A stretch of DNA of 64,000 nt. It comes from Scenedesmus sp. PABB004 (lineage: Eukaryota). This document shows, piece after piece, positions 62,654 through 64,000 of the stretch (position 1 is its first letter; each line of letters begins with the position of its first letter). The position numbers were made by a program, and so were the translations under genes. The notes beneath the pieces were generated by a model. That model had not been told where the DNA came from, did no database searches, and was given only the letters and a program-made list of their open reading frames with translations. The stretch is taken from the NCBI GenBank assembly GCA_014905635.1, contig CM026548.1, positions 1,302,001 to 1,366,000 on the forward strand, given 5' to 3'.

Positions 62654-64000
62654 ATGGTGCTCCCCAGCACGCGCGCGTGCGCGCTGCTGCTCCTGGCGCT
62701 GGCAGGTAGGGGTCGCCCTGGGGCGGACCTGCGGCCGGCCCCCCGCAGGCAGCGCGCGGGCGCAGCGCGCCGCAGCGGCGCGCCGGCTGCGACCTGACGC
62801 CGCTCGTGTGGCCCCGCAGGCGCCTGCACAGCAGCGGCGCAGCCGGACTGCGCCGCGGGATGCGCCGGCGACTTTGCGCCCGCCACGGGCGCGGACGGCC
62901 TCACATACATCAACGCCTGCGTGGCCCGCTGCCAGGGCGTGGCCGTGGCGTCCGGTGAGCACCGCGCGCGGCGCCGCAGCGGCGGGGGCACTCGGCAGCT
63001 AATCTCGGGCCAGCTGGTGCCCTCGGGCGGGTTGACCCCCGGTCCGCGGCCGCCGCCTGACCCCCCGCCCGCCGCCCACGCGCAGAGAACGCCGGCCAGG
63101 CGCCCGTTCCGGGCGCGCGGCCGGTCACGGCGGCCGACATGGCCGCGCACGAGGGCTTCAACTTCATTGACTTTGCCCGCGTGCGCCGCGTCCAGCCCAC
63201 CCTGCGCGGCGCCACCGCCAGCTCCGTGGGGTGAGGCGCGCGCGCGCCGCGCCGCGGGGCAGCGGCGCCGCCCGCCGGCCGCCCGCCGGCCGCCCGCCGG
63301 CCGCCGGTCGTCGCCGCCTGCTGACGCCCCGCGCCCGCCCCGCCGCGCCCCGCAGCGCGCCCAGCCTCGCGGGCCTGCCCACGGGCCGCGTGATCATGTA
63401 TGACGTCCCCCGGGGCGCCATCTACGTCACGCCCGCGCCCGCGGCCATGCCCGCCGACGCGGCCGAGGTCAGCGTCGCGGCGGTGCCCGGCAGCGGCGTC
63501 GGCCCCGTCTACGCCCCGCAGGCGACGCAGCCCGCGCCGCAGCCGGCGGCCGGCGGCGACGCGGAGATGTGGACGCCCACGCTGGACGTGGACCTGGGCA
63601 ACATCCTGCCCAAGGCCAGCCCCAGCCCCGCGCCGGCCGGCGAGGAGCAGCAGCAGCAGCAGCAGCAGGGCGGCGGCCGCCGCCTCGCGGCGGTGCAGAC
63701 GCCCGACGAGCGCGTCGCGGTCGCGTCGCCGCCGAGCGGCCTGCCGCTCGCGGCGGTCGGGCAGCTGCTCGGCCACGGCCAGGAGTGGCACTGCAGCGCG
63801 AGCCTCATTGGCGAGCGCACGCTGCTCACCGCGGCGCACTGCCTCTACGACCGCAACACCGGCTCCTTTGCGCGCGGCCTCTACTTTGTGCCTGGCCGCG
63901 TGCGCGGCGCCGACGGCGCGATCGTCGCGCCGTGGGGCGCGTTTGACGTGTCGGCCGTGTACATCATGAGCCAGTTCGTGTCGGGCGAGCCCCAGAGCAT
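62654..64000 (+). CDS. Secreted trypsin-like (PA clan, V8/glutamyl-endopeptidase-like) serine protease with N-terminal Kazal-like domain; 3' end outside window
   Basis: MVLPSTRACALLLLALA|G...CAAGCAGDFAPATGADGLTYINACVARCQG; RRL motif; DERV...AVGQL...CSASLIGERTLLTAAHCLYD...YFVPGR...APWG. Confidence 0.8.

Overview
Eukaryotic nuclear DNA: very GC-rich, gene-dense, with many short introns. Many introns have GTGCG or GCGCG donors, CTGAC/CTCAC branch motifs and YAG acceptors. Gene content (LHC protein, NYC1, AzgA-type permease, GT92) and composition point to a chlorophycean green alga; Selenastraceae (Raphidocelis/Monoraphidium-like) is my inference. Most long ORFs in the six-frame track are GC artefacts or run through introns. 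By manual splicing I reconstruct about 23 genes: DUF829 protein, ATG16, a TFIIS-N-like nuclear protein, a secreted Reeler-like protein, a secreted metallophosphoesterase-FN3, GT92, CFAP210-like, AzgA permease, DOMON copper monooxygenase, FAD synthetase, a Kazal protein, a 2OG-Fe(II) oxygenase, PDK, an ankyrin protein, a Gly/Cys-rich surface protein, an STI1 protein, OMA1, NYC1, an LHC protein, a Kazal-trypsin protease and three LRR paralogues. The most striking feature is a dispersed ~3-kb cassette present three times (~1.35-4.38 kb +, ~35.8-38.9 kb -, ~59.1-61.8 kb +). It holds a 3-exon F-box-like/LRR gene bracketed by ~400-bp direct repeats. Its scaffold DNA is nearly identical between copies while the LRR strand/loop segments are hypervariable. 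Each copy is co-oriented with its neighbours, and in two cases the downstream repeat ends ~75 bp before the ATG of a housekeeping gene. Exon boundaries are manual estimates.
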